Source: an uncultured Fibrobacteraceae bacterium
Lineage (GTDB): Bacteria; Krumholzibacteriota; Krumholzibacteriia; LZORAL124-64-63
Assembly (NCBI GenBank): GCA_964343835.1
Contig: CAYFKR010000017.1
Span: 17,985-81,984 of the forward strand
Direction: 5' to 3'
DNA length: 64,000 nt
Position numbers and translations under genes: made by a program. Under the pieces are notes generated by a model that saw only the letters and a list, made by a program, of their open reading frames with translations, had not been told where the DNA came from and did not search any database. Positions 1 to 9,917 of the stretch are shown piece by piece (position 1 is the stretch's first letter; each line of letters starts with the position of its first letter).

Positions 1-1604
1 GCGGCGTCGTCGATGCGGCCCGTGTCCAGGACGCGGAAGGGCCAGGATCCGGCCCGGTCCAGGGCGGCGCGGAACTCGTCGGCGTCGCGCCGCGCCCGCT
101 CCACGGCGCCCTCGGGGATGCGGGCCCAGCGCACCGGGCCGTCGCGCTTCACGACGTAGACCCAGGCCGCCGGCGTGGTGCGGAGTTCCACGTCGAGCCA
201 GCCCACCAGGGCGGAGCCGGCGTCGAGGGAAACCTGGACCTCTTCCAGGGGGAGGGGCAGGGCGGAGCCGTCGGGATCGCCGGTGGCGGCGGCGTGGAGC
301 AGGTCGGCGAGGGTACGGCCCAGGTCACGCTCGGCGGCCACCCAGGCCTCGTCCTCGCGGCCCAGCAGCAGCAGGGCGGCGGACAGGGCGCCGTAGGGCG
401 ACACCGCGAAGTCCGTGCGTTCGTATCCCGATCCCACGTTCAGGCGCGCCCGCTCGTGGACGGAGCAGGCCTGCGACAGCAGGTCGGCGGCGGCCTCCAG
501 GTCGCCGCCCATCCAGAGGGCCAGGCCCCGGTCGGCGAGGATCTCGGCCACGTGAGGGTGGTCGTCGCCCAGGGCGGTGCGGTAGGTGCGCTCGGCCACG
601 GCCAGCATGCTGTCGGCGCGGGCCACCCGGCCCAGTTCGCGCAGGGCGGTGCCCAGGGAGTGCAGGGCGCCGGCGGCGTACTGGCTGTCGGGGCCGAAGG
701 CCGCGTGCATGAGGTCCACGGCCTCGTGGAGGGTGCGCACGGCCTCGGCCGGCCGGCCCGACTCGAGGCGCACGTTCCCCAGGTTGTGCATGGTCAGGGC
801 CAGCTCCGGGGCGCCGGGCTCGAGGCGTTCGCGCTGGTGGGCCAGGACCTCCTCGAACAGCGCCTCCGACTCGTCATGGTCGCCCTTGACGCTCAGGAAG
901 ATGGCCAGGTTGTGCAGGCTGGACACGATGTCCATGTGGTCGTCGGGCAGCAGTCGCCGACGCATGGCCAGGGCCTCGCGATAGAGGGGCTCGGCGGCGG
1001 CGTAGTCGCCGCGCAGGCGCTCGACGGTGGCCATGTTGTGCAGCGAGCGCGCGATCATGGGATGGTCCGCGGGCAGGATGCGCCGCAGCATGGCCAGGGC
1101 CTCGCGGGTGCGCGCCGCGGCCTCGCCGTAGCGTCCCTGCTGCAGGTCGAGCACGCCGAGGCGGCGCAGGCTCTCGGACACGAGCTCGTGATCCGCGGCG
1201 AGGTGGCGACGGCGCAGGTCGAGCTGACGGCTCGCCAGATCGGCGGCGCCGGTGAAATCGCCCTGGCCGTAGAGGGCCAGCAATTCGGGGGTCAGGGATT
1301 CGGCCTCGGCAAGGTCGCTCCGCACGGCGGGATCGGCGGCGATGAGCCAGTCCAGGTGCTCGACGGTGCGCTCGGCGTCCACCAGGCGCCAGGGAGCGGC
1401 GTCGGTTTCCGCACGCAGGGCGGCCCGCCAGCGCAGGGCGGCGGCGAGGGCTCCGTCCAGATCACCCTCGGCGCGGCGCGTTTCGACGACGGTGCGGAGG
1501 TCTTCCGGGGAAGGGTCGTCGGCGGCGATGGCGGGAACGACGGCGATGACGACGATCGCGAACGCGACGAACGAGGTTCGCACCGACCGGGAGTGGACGG
1601 GCAT
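1..1604 (-). CDS. Exported TPR-repeat protein, probably TPR-CHAT; 3' end runs off the window
   Basis: Not in the ORF track (no stop in window); translated by hand from ATG 1604 (AGGAG RBS). MPVHSRSVRTSFVAFAIVVIAVVPAIAA signal peptide, then kinesin-light-chain-type TPRs (ARSLHNMATV, SSLHNLAIF, LTMHNLGNV, DHPHVAE), then a pre-CHAT-like linker (LEEVQVSL..SALVGW..AWVYVV). CHAT catalytic part not visible. Confidence 0.75.
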   Translation of the reverse strand, partial: MPVHSRSVRTSFVAFAIVVIAVVPAIAADDPSPEDLRTVVETRRAEGDLDGALAAALRWRAALRAETDAAPWRLVDAERTVEHLDWLIAADPAVRSDLAEAESLTPELLALYGQGDFTGAADLASRQLDLRRRHLAADHELVSESLRRLGVLDLQQGRYGEAAARTREALAMLRRILPADHPMIARSLHNMATVERLRGDYAAAEPLYREALAMRRRLLPDDHMDIVSSLHNLAIFLSVKGDHDESEALFEEVLAHQRERLEPGAPELALTMHNLGNVRLESGRPAEAVRTLHEAVDLMHAAFGPDSQYAAGALHSLGTALRELGRVARADSMLAVAERTYRTALGDDHPHVAEILADRGLALWMGGDLEAAADLLSQACSVHERARLNVGSGYERTDFAVSPYGALSAALLLLGREDEAWVAAERDLGRTLADLLHAAATGDPDGSALPLPLEEVQVSLDAGSALVGWLDVELRTTPAAWVYVVKRDGPVRWARIPEGAVERARRDADEFRAALDRAGSWPFRVLDTGRIDDA

Positions 1605-1625
1605 CACGGCTCCTCGAGGAGATGT

Positions 1626-2390
1626 CTACCGGTTGGAAGCCCTGCTCTCCAGGGCCTTGCGCGCCCGCTCGGCGACGTCGCCCGTCTCCAGCGCGAGGTC
1701 CGTCAGCAGCGAATCGGCGCGGCTCCGTTCCCCCATCCTGTCGTAGATCACGCACAGGGTCCAGCGCGCTTCCACGCCCCAGGGGTCGGGCAGCGTGCGG
1801 GCCGGCAGGGACTCCAGGACGGAGCGGGCGTTGCGGAGGCGGTCGCCGTGGGCCAGGGCGCTGCCCAGGTAGACGTCGCGGACGGGGGTCAGGTCCGGGT
1901 CGGGGGCGGCGTCCTCAAGGAGTTCGACGGCGCGGCGGTAGTCGCCGACGGCGTAGGCGTCGATGCCGTCGGCGAGGATGCGGTCCGGGGTGGAGACGGC
2001 GTCGCGCTGGCGGAGCTCGACGTCGGCGGTGGGCAGCACGCCCAGGTCCAGGTCGGAGGCGTCGAAGCCGGGGCCGATCAGGGCGAAGGCCAGCACGGCG
2101 GCGGCGGCCAGGGGCGCCAGGGCGGTCCAGCGCAGGCGGTCGCGCACCGGGAGCGCGACGATGCGCGTGGGGGATGCGGCGCGGCTCTCGAGTCCGAGGC
2201 CTGCGGCGACTTCGCTGCGGGCGGTCTCGAGGCTGCGGACGGCGTCGCGGAAGAGGGACTCGCAGTCCCCGCAGCGACGGAGGTGGTCCAGCACCGGGGC
2301 GCGTTCCTTCTCCGGCAGAAGGCCCTCGGCCAGGTCGATCAGGGCGTCAGGTTCGGGGTGACGCCCGCTCACGTTCACGTGGTCACTCAT
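1626..2390 (-). CDS. Zinc-finger (zf-HC2) anti-sigma factor with TM helix and C-terminal TPR-like domain
   Basis: HLRRCGDC (HxxxCxxC) near the N-terminus; hydrophobic WTALAPLAAAAVLAFALIG; overlaps the stop of the upstream sigma gene. Confidence 0.8.
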   Translation of the reverse strand: MSDHVNVSGRHPEPDALIDLAEGLLPEKERAPVLDHLRRCGDCESLFRDAVRSLETARSEVAAGLGLESRAASPTRIVALPVRDRLRWTALAPLAAAAVLAFALIGPGFDASDLDLGVLPTADVELRQRDAVSTPDRILADGIDAYAVGDYRRAVELLEDAAPDPDLTPVRDVYLGSALAHGDRLRNARSVLESLPARTLPDPWGVEARWTLCVIYDRMGERSRADSLLTDLALETGDVAERARKALESRASNR

Positions 2391-3129
2391 TGCTCGCCTT
2401 CTCGCGTCCGGACCCCAGGAGGGATCGGAATCGCGTCCACAGTTCGGTAAACGTCCCCTGCGGCATGTGGTGCGGGTCGTGCCCCTTGCCGTCCATGCAG
2501 TCGCGGACGGCGGTGCGGGCCCGCTGCAGGATCACGTCGACGTTGCCGGGCGACTTGCGCACCTCGGGATGGTCGGCGATCTCCTTCGACGGCATCTCCA
2601 GCATGACCCTCATGAACCAGACGGGGCGCGCGGCGGCGTTGAGCTGCCCCACGCAGTCGGCCAGGTCGTCGGCGAACCGGGCCCGTTCGATCCCCAGTCC
2701 GGCCGGCTCGAGGTGCGCCGCCACGGGAGCCGATGCTCTCAACGACGGCGCATCCCAGCCGGGTCCTTCTGGATCCGCCTCCGGATGAACGAGTCGGCCT
2801 TCCCGCCGCAACGTGTCCACGAGCGCGTTGTGGGCGGTCGTGGAGAGGAAGGACGCCAGCTCCCCGGGGGCGTGTCCGGAGATGTCCCAACGTCCTGATA
2901 CGATCCTGCGGAGCAAATCCAACGCTTTTTCCGACGCCAAATCCTCGAGAACGTCCTGGGAAACGGAACCGTAACGGGCGCAATGGCTTCGGGCGCGAAT
3001 GAAAAGGGATGTCCGCAGCAGGGGCCACGCTTCGCCGAACACGCGGTCGCGCTCGGCGCCCTCGGGGGCGTCGGCCAGGGCGGTCAGCAGGTCGTGGAGC
3101 CTGCGGGTCCAGTGCGGTCGGTCGCTCAT
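2383..3129 (-). CDS. ECF-type RNA polymerase sigma factor
   Basis: Start MSDRPH at 3129 after GGAGGG. Region 2-like (VLEDLASE, FLSTTAHNALVDTLRR) and region 4-like (EMPSKEIA..NVDVILQRARTAVRDC). Confidence 0.8.
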   Translation of the reverse strand: MSDRPHWTRRLHDLLTALADAPEGAERDRVFGEAWPLLRTSLFIRARSHCARYGSVSQDVLEDLASEKALDLLRRIVSGRWDISGHAPGELASFLSTTAHNALVDTLRREGRLVHPEADPEGPGWDAPSLRASAPVAAHLEPAGLGIERARFADDLADCVGQLNAAARPVWFMRVMLEMPSKEIADHPEVRKSPGNVDVILQRARTAVRDCMDGKGHDPHHMPQGTFTELWTRFRSLLGSGREKASNE

Positions 3130-3153
3130 GCGGTTCGTTCCCTCCTGCCGATC

Positions 3154-3183
3154 ACCATAACCCGGAGCGGGCGGGTGCGGCAA
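3154..3183 (-). promoter_or_regulatory. Putative sigma70-type promoter for the ECF sigma operon
   Basis: TTGCCG-N18-TATGGT on the minus strand, about 25 nt upstream of ATG 3129. Confidence 0.35.
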
Positions 3184-3185
3184 GC

Positions 3186-5960
3186 TCACGCGCCGAAGTC
3201 GATCTCCAGGGTGACGATCTCGTGGGGTGTGAATGTCACGGGCAACCGTCCGTCGACGGTGACCAGGGGAGCGCCGCGCTCCTCGAGCAGGCTCGCGCGC
3301 CAGGCTCCCGACACCGTCCGCCCGAACATGAAGGTCGCGTCCGCCGGTTCGGGGTGCAGGTTCACCGCGCGCACCACCAGGGTGTCGCGCTCCTCGTGGC
3401 GCTTGATCGCCGTGACGGCCACGGCGTCGGCATCGCACGCCAGCAGCGAGTCGCCGGGGCGGTGCAGGTCCTCCACGCCCTGGAGGGTCAGCGGCGGCGT
3501 GCGCCAGGCGCGGCTCTCGTGGATCACGCCGGCAGTGCGCCAGTCTCCGGTGTACGGCATGACGGCGTAGTCGAACACGTGCTCGCCGAGGCACTGGGCG
3601 TCGGGGGTGGCGAGGGTGGGGCCGGCGTTGGCGTTCTTGCGGGAAGGGAAGTCGTCGCGGGAGAGCCAGCCCACGCTGCGCAGGAGGGTGAGCAGCATCG
3701 TCGCGCCGCCGCCGTCGTTCACGGCGCCCTCGATCTCGGGCAGGCCGAGGTTGAGCAGGGCGAGGCCGGCGCCGTCGTGCTCCACGCAGCTGAAGTCCTG
3801 CTGGGGCCAGGTGGCGGGCTGGGGCTGGGCCCAGTCGTCGCCGCCGGTGCGGACCAGGGGGCGCTCGTGGACCAGGAACTGGCCGTCGCTCACCAGGGTG
3901 CGGGTGCGGTGGACCGTGGGGAACTCGGCGCGGAGGCGGTGGTCGCAGGCGCGGTTGTCGAAGGTGGTGCGCACGTCCACGCGGGGGCTGTCGTGGTGCA
4001 GGGTCAGGCGCACGGTGAAGGGACAGTCCACGGTCTCCACGTCGCGACGGGTGCGGTCGGGGACGATGCGGGCGGGCAGGCGCACCGAGCAGTCCACCTC
4101 GATGCTCGCCTGCAGGCCGCTGTTGTGGAGGGTGCGCACGCGGCCGGGCTCCACGCGGGGGTGGATGTCGCCGGGGATGTCGCAGGCGCAGAAGTCGTAT
4201 TCGTCGCCGATGTCGGCCTCGTCCGCCAGGCGGTTGAGTTCGGCGTAGCGGCGGCCGGTGCGCTTGTCCTCCAGGTCGAAGGCGCCGTCGGGGTGGAGGG
4301 TGACCCGGACGAGGTCGTTCTCCAGGTTGCCGTCGCCGGCGCGGACGGAGCCGGCGGGCGGCGGCGTGGCGGTGCCGGGGCCCGTCTCGCGCAGGCGGAA
4401 CACGGCGTGGCCGCAGGCGGGCAGGTCGGCCTCGAACTGGATGGTCCAGTAGCAGTCGTACTGGGCGTCGCCGCGGCCGTCCTTGAGGATGCGGGGGCCG
4501 TAGTCGCGGCGGTAGTCGTCGAACAGGGCGTGCTGGTCGGCGGCGTGGAGCTCCACCCGGTAGTCGATGCCCCAGAACCGCTCCACGTACTGCTTCTCCA
4601 GCACGGTGAACGGGACCTCGGCGCCCTGCTCGTCGAAGAGGCGCAGGCCGTCGGGGTCGGCCACGAAGGGCTGCAGCACCATCATGCGGGTGACGACCTC
4701 GCGGCGCGGGCGCGGCAGGGGGTTGGCCAGGCAGAGGGTCGTCTCGCGGTCGTGCTCCTCGCGGCGGGCGAAGTTGGGGGTGAGGTTCTCGAGCGTGTTG
4801 ATGAGCAGGCGCTTACCGGTACGGCGCACGCCCGCGAACCGGGTGTGCATGTCGCGGTGCACGCCGTCCACGCTGCAGCCGCAGATGGAGTCGTGGGGGT
4901 GGTTCTTCAGCAGCAGCTTCCAGGCCTCGCGCAGCTCGCCGGTGGGGTAGGCCAGGCCGTGCATGAAGCGGCCGTAAGCGGCCAGGGGTTCGGCCTGCAG
5001 CGACAGCAGGTCCTGGCAGCGGGCGTTCTCCTGCTTCAGGGGCATGCGGGCGGACCACACGCCCGAGAGGATGAAGTGGTCGCGGCCGCCCAGGAGTTCG
5101 CCGCGGTGGACGGGGAGGTCGTCGCGGTCGGCCGACGCGGCCTCCACGAACGCCGGCAGGTCGGTGTGGACGAACTCCGTGTCGGGAAAGGCTGTGCGCA
5201 GGGCTTCCAGCACGCGGGCGAAGTCCTGCTGGGGCGGGAAGTGGTCGCAGCCGTTGTTGATCAGGGCTGGTTCCGCGCCTGGTCTTCCGGACATCTTTTC
5301 GAACAGTTCGGTCAATTGTTCTACGGCGCGGTCCAGGTCCACGTCGCGGCGGGTGTGGGCGTGCCAGATCTCCTGGAAGCCCAGGCCGCCGGCGTTGCAG
5401 TAGCCGGAGCACTGGTTCACCGCGAGGACCTCGCTGCCGTCGGGGGCGGTCCAGCGGAAGCGCCAGCCCAGGTCGGCGGCCTCGTCGCCCAGGCCGCGGG
5501 TGAACACGAAGGAGTCGAGGCCGGCACGGTGGAGAATCTGGGGCATCTGGGCCAGGTGGCCGAAGGAATCGGGCATGTAGCCGGAGGCGTGAGCTCGGCC
5601 GAGGCGGGCGGCGGTGGCGGTGCCGATGAGCAGGTTGCGGGCGGTGGCCTCGCCGCTGACCAGGAACTCGTCGGGAAGGATGTACCAGGGGCCGGCGGAG
5701 AGGCGGCCCTCCGAGATGAGCCTGCGCAGGCGGTCTTCGCGGTCGGGGCGGACCTCGAGGTAGTCCTCGAGCAGGACGGACTGGCCGTCGAGGAGGAAGT
5801 GGACGAAGGCGCCGGCTTCCTTGGGATCGCTGTCCAGCGCGTCCAGCACCCGGTCCACCACGCGGATCATGTTGACCCGGAATTCCTCGTAGGTCAGGTA
5901 CCACTCCCGGTCCCAGTGGGTGTGGGACACGATGTACGCCTTGCGCGGGCTCCAGCTCAT
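3186..5960 (-). CDS. Alpha-mannosidase, glycoside hydrolase family 38
   Basis: SHTHWDREW, LDGQ, GPWYILPDEFL, YMPDSFGH, GCDH and HPHDSICGCS motifs of GH38. Confidence 0.92.
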   Translation of the reverse strand: MSWSPRKAYIVSHTHWDREWYLTYEEFRVNMIRVVDRVLDALDSDPKEAGAFVHFLLDGQSVLLEDYLEVRPDREDRLRRLISEGRLSAGPWYILPDEFLVSGEATARNLLIGTATAARLGRAHASGYMPDSFGHLAQMPQILHRAGLDSFVFTRGLGDEAADLGWRFRWTAPDGSEVLAVNQCSGYCNAGGLGFQEIWHAHTRRDVDLDRAVEQLTELFEKMSGRPGAEPALINNGCDHFPPQQDFARVLEALRTAFPDTEFVHTDLPAFVEAASADRDDLPVHRGELLGGRDHFILSGVWSARMPLKQENARCQDLLSLQAEPLAAYGRFMHGLAYPTGELREAWKLLLKNHPHDSICGCSVDGVHRDMHTRFAGVRRTGKRLLINTLENLTPNFARREEHDRETTLCLANPLPRPRREVVTRMMVLQPFVADPDGLRLFDEQGAEVPFTVLEKQYVERFWGIDYRVELHAADQHALFDDYRRDYGPRILKDGRGDAQYDCYWTIQFEADLPACGHAVFRLRETGPGTATPPPAGSVRAGDGNLENDLVRVTLHPDGAFDLEDKRTGRRYAELNRLADEADIGDEYDFCACDIPGDIHPRVEPGRVRTLHNSGLQASIEVDCSVRLPARIVPDRTRRDVETVDCPFTVRLTLHHDSPRVDVRTTFDNRACDHRLRAEFPTVHRTRTLVSDGQFLVHERPLVRTGGDDWAQPQPATWPQQDFSCVEHDGAGLALLNLGLPEIEGAVNDGGGATMLLTLLRSVGWLSRDDFPSRKNANAGPTLATPDAQCLGEHVFDYAVMPYTGDWRTAGVIHESRAWRTPPLTLQGVEDLHRPGDSLLACDADAVAVTAIKRHEERDTLVVRAVNLHPEPADATFMFGRTVSGAWRASLLEERGAPLVTVDGRLPVTFTPHEIVTLEIDFGA

Positions 5961-5975
5961 GGCTTCCTCCGGATG

Positions 5976-6944
5976 TCAGTCGTCGTGGCAGGCCCGGACG
6001 AGGTCGCCGATGGTGGCGCTCGCGAGGCCCACGCAGGTGTCGGCCGCGCCGTAGTAGACGCGGACCAGGGCGTCGTCGGGGGCGAAAGCGTCGTCGTCGC
6101 GGTGGTCGACGATGGCTCCCGACGGGAAGACCACGTTGGGCACCTGGCCCGTGAGCTCCCACGTCTCGCGGGGCTCCAGGATGTTGCGGCGCGTGCGGGC
6201 GAGCACCCGCGACGGGTCGTTGAGGTCCAGCAGCGCCGCACCCGCCTGGTAGATGTTGGCGGCGGCGAAGTGGGTGGCCACGCCGTGGTAGATGAGCAGC
6301 CAGCCGGCGTAGGTCTTGATGGGGGGCGGACCGGCGCCCACGAGCTCGTCCCAGGCGTGGGGGCGGCCGTCGAAGACGGGGGCGACGGGGCGCCAGGTGA
6401 TCAGGTCGTCGGACTCGGCGAGGGTCACCACGGAGCCGGAGGGCGGCGCGCCCTCACGGGTCACGGCGTTGGGGCGTTCGAGGCGGAGCCAGCGGCCGCC
6501 GAAGCGTTCGGGGAAGAGCACGCCGTTGCGGGAGTCGTCGGCGGAGACGCCGATCACGTCCAGGTCGCAGCGCTCGTCGCAGCGGGCGGTGACCAGACGG
6601 CAGCCGTCGTCCACGTCGGCGGCGAGGGTGCACAGCAGTTCGCCGTCCACGCGGGTCAGGCGGGGGTCGTAGAGGTGGTGGAGGGTGCCGTCGATGCGGT
6701 CGAGGCCGCGGACCCGTACCAGCCTGTCCTCGGGCTCGAACGCGAGGCCGTCGTCGCTCCAGGCGCGCATCAGGCCGGTCTCGCGGCCGCGGCTCTGGAT
6801 GCGGAGCATGAGCAGGATGCGGCCGTCCACGCGGGCGGCGCCGGGGTTGAAGACCGACGTGGGGTCGGTGAAGGCGGGGGGCACGTCCGGCAGGTCGGTG
6901 CGCGTGAGGATGGGGCCGTCGCCGTGGCGGCGCAGGCCGGTCAT
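5976..6944 (-). CDS. GH130 glycoside phosphorylase/hydrolase (beta-mannoside)
   Basis: Start MTGLRR at 6944 (ATGA overlap). VFNPGA, YDPRLT, GWLLIYHGV, GQVPNVVFPSG, YYGAADT. Confidence 0.88.
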   Translation of the reverse strand: MTGLRRHGDGPILTRTDLPDVPPAFTDPTSVFNPGAARVDGRILLMLRIQSRGRETGLMRAWSDDGLAFEPEDRLVRVRGLDRIDGTLHHLYDPRLTRVDGELLCTLAADVDDGCRLVTARCDERCDLDVIGVSADDSRNGVLFPERFGGRWLRLERPNAVTREGAPPSGSVVTLAESDDLITWRPVAPVFDGRPHAWDELVGAGPPPIKTYAGWLLIYHGVATHFAAANIYQAGAALLDLNDPSRVLARTRRNILEPRETWELTGQVPNVVFPSGAIVDHRDDDAFAPDDALVRVYYGAADTCVGLASATIGDLVRACHDD

Positions 6945-7918
6945 CGTCGTCCCTCCAGGTGGCCGGACAGGCGCCAGTAGCCCTTGCCGCTCTCGTCCTC
7001 CGGGCGGATGTCCTCCACGCGGTACGTGATGACGTGCTCGCCGGGGGCCAGGTCCAGGCCGAAGGAGCGCGGGGCGACGAGGTCGCCGGGGCACCAGTTG
7101 CTGCGGCTGAAGTCGCTGCTCCAGTGGCCGTCGGACCAGCGGGCGCAGTAGGGGTTGAGGGCGCGGAAGCGGCCGCAGTCGTCGCGCCAGGGGCGCCAGC
7201 GGGCCACCTCTTCGCCGTCCACCAGCACGACGTTGTCCTTGGTGATGAACTCGTCGGCGTCGCGGCCGTCGGTGCAGTGGCCGGAGACCAGCACGTGGAG
7301 GGTGGTGCCGCGGGTGTCGGCGGGCACGGTGACGTTGGCGGAGACCTCGGGGGCCTCGGCGGTCAGGCCGCCGTCGGGGAACCACAGGCCTTCGACCCAG
7401 GCGGGGGCGTCGGAGGTGCGGCCGGGCGTGAAGACCAGCTCGAAGTCCACCTTCCAGGCCGGCGACACCCAGGTGTCGATGAACACCTCGAACTCGCAGT
7501 GGCCCTGGAGCAGAGGCAGTAGATGCGTGACGTCGGCCTCGTGCTCGGTGGCGCCGCCGTAGCTGGTCATGAAGCGCACGATCTCCACCGGCGCCATGCC
7601 CGGCTTGATCAGCCGGACGGATCCGGCGCGGTCCCAGCGGTCGGCCACCTCGCGGATGCCCGTGGGGATGGGGCGCAGACGCAGCACGGCGGTCACGCGG
7701 GAGGCGCCGCGGCCGTCGGGGAACTCGCGGTAGGTGGCCATGATGCGGCCGTTGTCGCGGGCCGAGGCGGTGACCGTGTCGAAGCTCTGCGGGTCGGCGG
7801 GGGTGAAGTGCACGTCGACGTCGCTGAACAGGACGACGGTCTCGGCCGGGGGCGGGGCGATCTCTTCGCCGCAGCCGGCGAGGAGGGCGAGCAGGGAGAG
7901 CCAGAGAAGGGTGCGCAT
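6941..7918 (-). CDS. Peptide-N-glycosidase F-like lipoprotein
   Basis: Lipobox LLAGC; DRWDRAG, EIVRFMTSY, SGH..DADEF and RSNWCPG match the PNGase F family. Confidence 0.8.
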   Translation of the reverse strand: MRTLLWLSLLALLAGCGEEIAPPPAETVVLFSDVDVHFTPADPQSFDTVTASARDNGRIMATYREFPDGRGASRVTAVLRLRPIPTGIREVADRWDRAGSVRLIKPGMAPVEIVRFMTSYGGATEHEADVTHLLPLLQGHCEFEVFIDTWVSPAWKVDFELVFTPGRTSDAPAWVEGLWFPDGGLTAEAPEVSANVTVPADTRGTTLHVLVSGHCTDGRDADEFITKDNVVLVDGEEVARWRPWRDDCGRFRALNPYCARWSDGHWSSDFSRSNWCPGDLVAPRSFGLDLAPGEHVITYRVEDIRPEDESGKGYWRLSGHLEGRR

Positions 7919-8066
7919 GGGGACCGCCGGGGTGGGGGTGGTGCCGTCGGTACGGGATGATGGCCCAACTTTGTCCCATGGTCAACGGCGGCAGGGTGTT
8001 TCGGCTCAAGTCCCAGCGAAATCGTACGATTTCATTTCGGAGGGAGACGAAAACCAGGGAGAAGCC

Positions 8067-9917
8067 ATGGAACGCGATGTCCGGGTCTGCCCGGTCACCG
8101 ATCAGCACCGATGGTGGTTAAGGCCGGCGAAGTGCCGCCTGCCCTGGGTCATTGTGTGCGTGGGACTGCTGCTGGCGGCGTTGGTGCAGGTGGGCGAGTA
8201 CCGCCACCTGACTGAGGCCCGCCGCGTCGTCCTCGCCCAGAACGAACTCCGCATGGACGCCACCCGCGACCTCACGCGGGAGATCCTCCTGCACATGCGC
8301 CACGACCTCCATTTCGTGGTGGACCGGGCCGGACCGCTGCCCCTGGATCCCGATCACATCCGTGACGTCATCGAATCCCACCGCCACGAGGACCTGTATC
8401 GCGGGATGTACGTGATGGAACGTGGCTGGACCCCCGACGACGACCTCCTGGTGTCCGACGGCGCTCCCCTGGGCATCTACGACGATGTCCTCGCCGAGCA
8501 GGTGGGGAACTGGTCCCGCTCGTGGGGCCAGGACACCGAGTGGGACCTGCATCACGCCGAGGGCAACGAGGCCCTGATCTGCAGCGCGCCCCTGATCCGC
8601 GACGGTGAAGTGGTCGCCGTGTTCGCGGCCATCATGGATGCGGCCGTCCTGTCCGATCAGCTCGACCGGGGCAACTATGCCAACCGCGTGGTCATCGTGG
8701 ACGACCACGGCCACCTGCTCGGCAATCCGGGTCTGCCCGAGACCGCCACGGATTGGATCCGTCGCGAGGCGGGTTACGAGGCCGGTGGACCGGACGCGTT
8801 CTTCGCCTCGGCCGACCAGGCGTTCGACCGGGGAGGCTGGACAGTCCTCTGGACCGAACTGCCCCTGGTGGGCCTCTCATGGCGCATGATCTTCGAGTAC
8901 GACGAGGACACGTACCTGGGCTCCCCGGTGCGCCGCGTGCTGTGGAGCTGGGGCCTGAGCCTCTGCCTGCTGGTGGTGTCGATCGCTGCGGCGCAGACCG
9001 TGGCGGCACACCGGCGCCGCACCCGGGAACGCCTCGCCTACACGGCCGAGATCGAGAACGCCAACGCCCAGCTCGAGCGGCGCGTGGTCGAGCGCACGGC
9101 CGACCTGGTGAGCGCACAGGAGACGGTGGTGCAGAACGAGCGCCTGGCGGCCCTGGGCGGCATGGTGGCCAGCGTGGCCCATGAGGTGAACACGCCTCTG
9201 GGCGTCGGCTTCACGGCATCGACCCATCTGGAAACCCACGTAGGCGAGATCGCCACCGCCTTCGAGAACGGCACGATGACGCGCTCCGACCTGACGTCGT
9301 TCCTGGACACGGCCACCAGGAGCTGCGCCATCCTGACGTCGAACCTGCGCCGGGCCGGTGACCTGGTCCAGAGCTTCAAGGAGGTGTCGGTGGATCAGGT
9401 CGGAGCCGATTCGCGGCGCTTCCCCATGGCGACGTTCCTGGCCGACACCCTGCTCGGCCTGAAGGACGCGCTGTCCGCCGCGGACATCCGTCTGCGCCAG
9501 GAGTGCCCCGACGATCTCGTGGTGACCGCCATGCCCGGCGTCCTCCTGCAGGTGATCACCAACCTGGTCATGAATTCCATGATGCACGCCTTCCCGGACG
9601 GGGCCGAGGGCAACGTCACGGTGCGGGCCTACCAGGAGGACCGTCTGCTGGCGCTGGAAGTGGAGGACGACGGCCGGGGCATGGCCGACGAGGTGCGCAC
9701 CCGGGTCTTCGACCCCTTCTTCACGACCCGCGAGGGCGAGGAGGGCGGCGGACTGGGTCTGCACATCGTCTACAACCTGGTGACCCTGAGCATGGGCGGC
9801 CGCATCGCCTGCGAGAGCGTGCCGGGCGAGGGTACCGTCTTCCGCATGACCTTCTCAGCCTCGGCGGATTCGCCCGGTCCCGCCGTCGTGGAATCGGAGA
9901 CGGTCGAACTCACCTGA
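8067..9917 (+). CDS. Membrane-bound sensor histidine kinase (orphan)
   Basis: Two TM segments flank an extracytoplasmic domain; H-box AHEVNTPLG, N-box QVITNLVMNS, DDGRG, FDPFFTT, GGGLGL. Confidence 0.9.
   Translation: MERDVRVCPVTDQHRWWLRPAKCRLPWVIVCVGLLLAALVQVGEYRHLTEARRVVLAQNELRMDATRDLTREILLHMRHDLHFVVDRAGPLPLDPDHIRDVIESHRHEDLYRGMYVMERGWTPDDDLLVSDGAPLGIYDDVLAEQVGNWSRSWGQDTEWDLHHAEGNEALICSAPLIRDGEVVAVFAAIMDAAVLSDQLDRGNYANRVVIVDDHGHLLGNPGLPETATDWIRREAGYEAGGPDAFFASADQAFDRGGWTVLWTELPLVGLSWRMIFEYDEDTYLGSPVRRVLWSWGLSLCLLVVSIAAAQTVAAHRRRTRERLAYTAEIENANAQLERRVVERTADLVSAQETVVQNERLAALGGMVASVAHEVNTPLGVGFTASTHLETHVGEIATAFENGTMTRSDLTSFLDTATRSCAILTSNLRRAGDLVQSFKEVSVDQVGADSRRFPMATFLADTLLGLKDALSAADIRLRQECPDDLVVTAMPGVLLQVITNLVMNSMMHAFPDGAEGNVTVRAYQEDRLLALEVEDDGRGMADEVRTRVFDPFFTTREGEEGGGLGLHIVYNLVTLSMGGRIACESVPGEGTVFRMTFSASADSPGPAVVESETVELT

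Noticed and set aside
294..2450. 718-aa plus-strand ORF
   Set aside because: Antisense shadow of the TPR and anti-sigma genes; no motifs; stop-poor because of high GC.
3009..6980. 1323-aa plus-strand ORF
   Set aside because: Mirror frame of GH38 and GH130, which carry all the family motifs on the minus strand.
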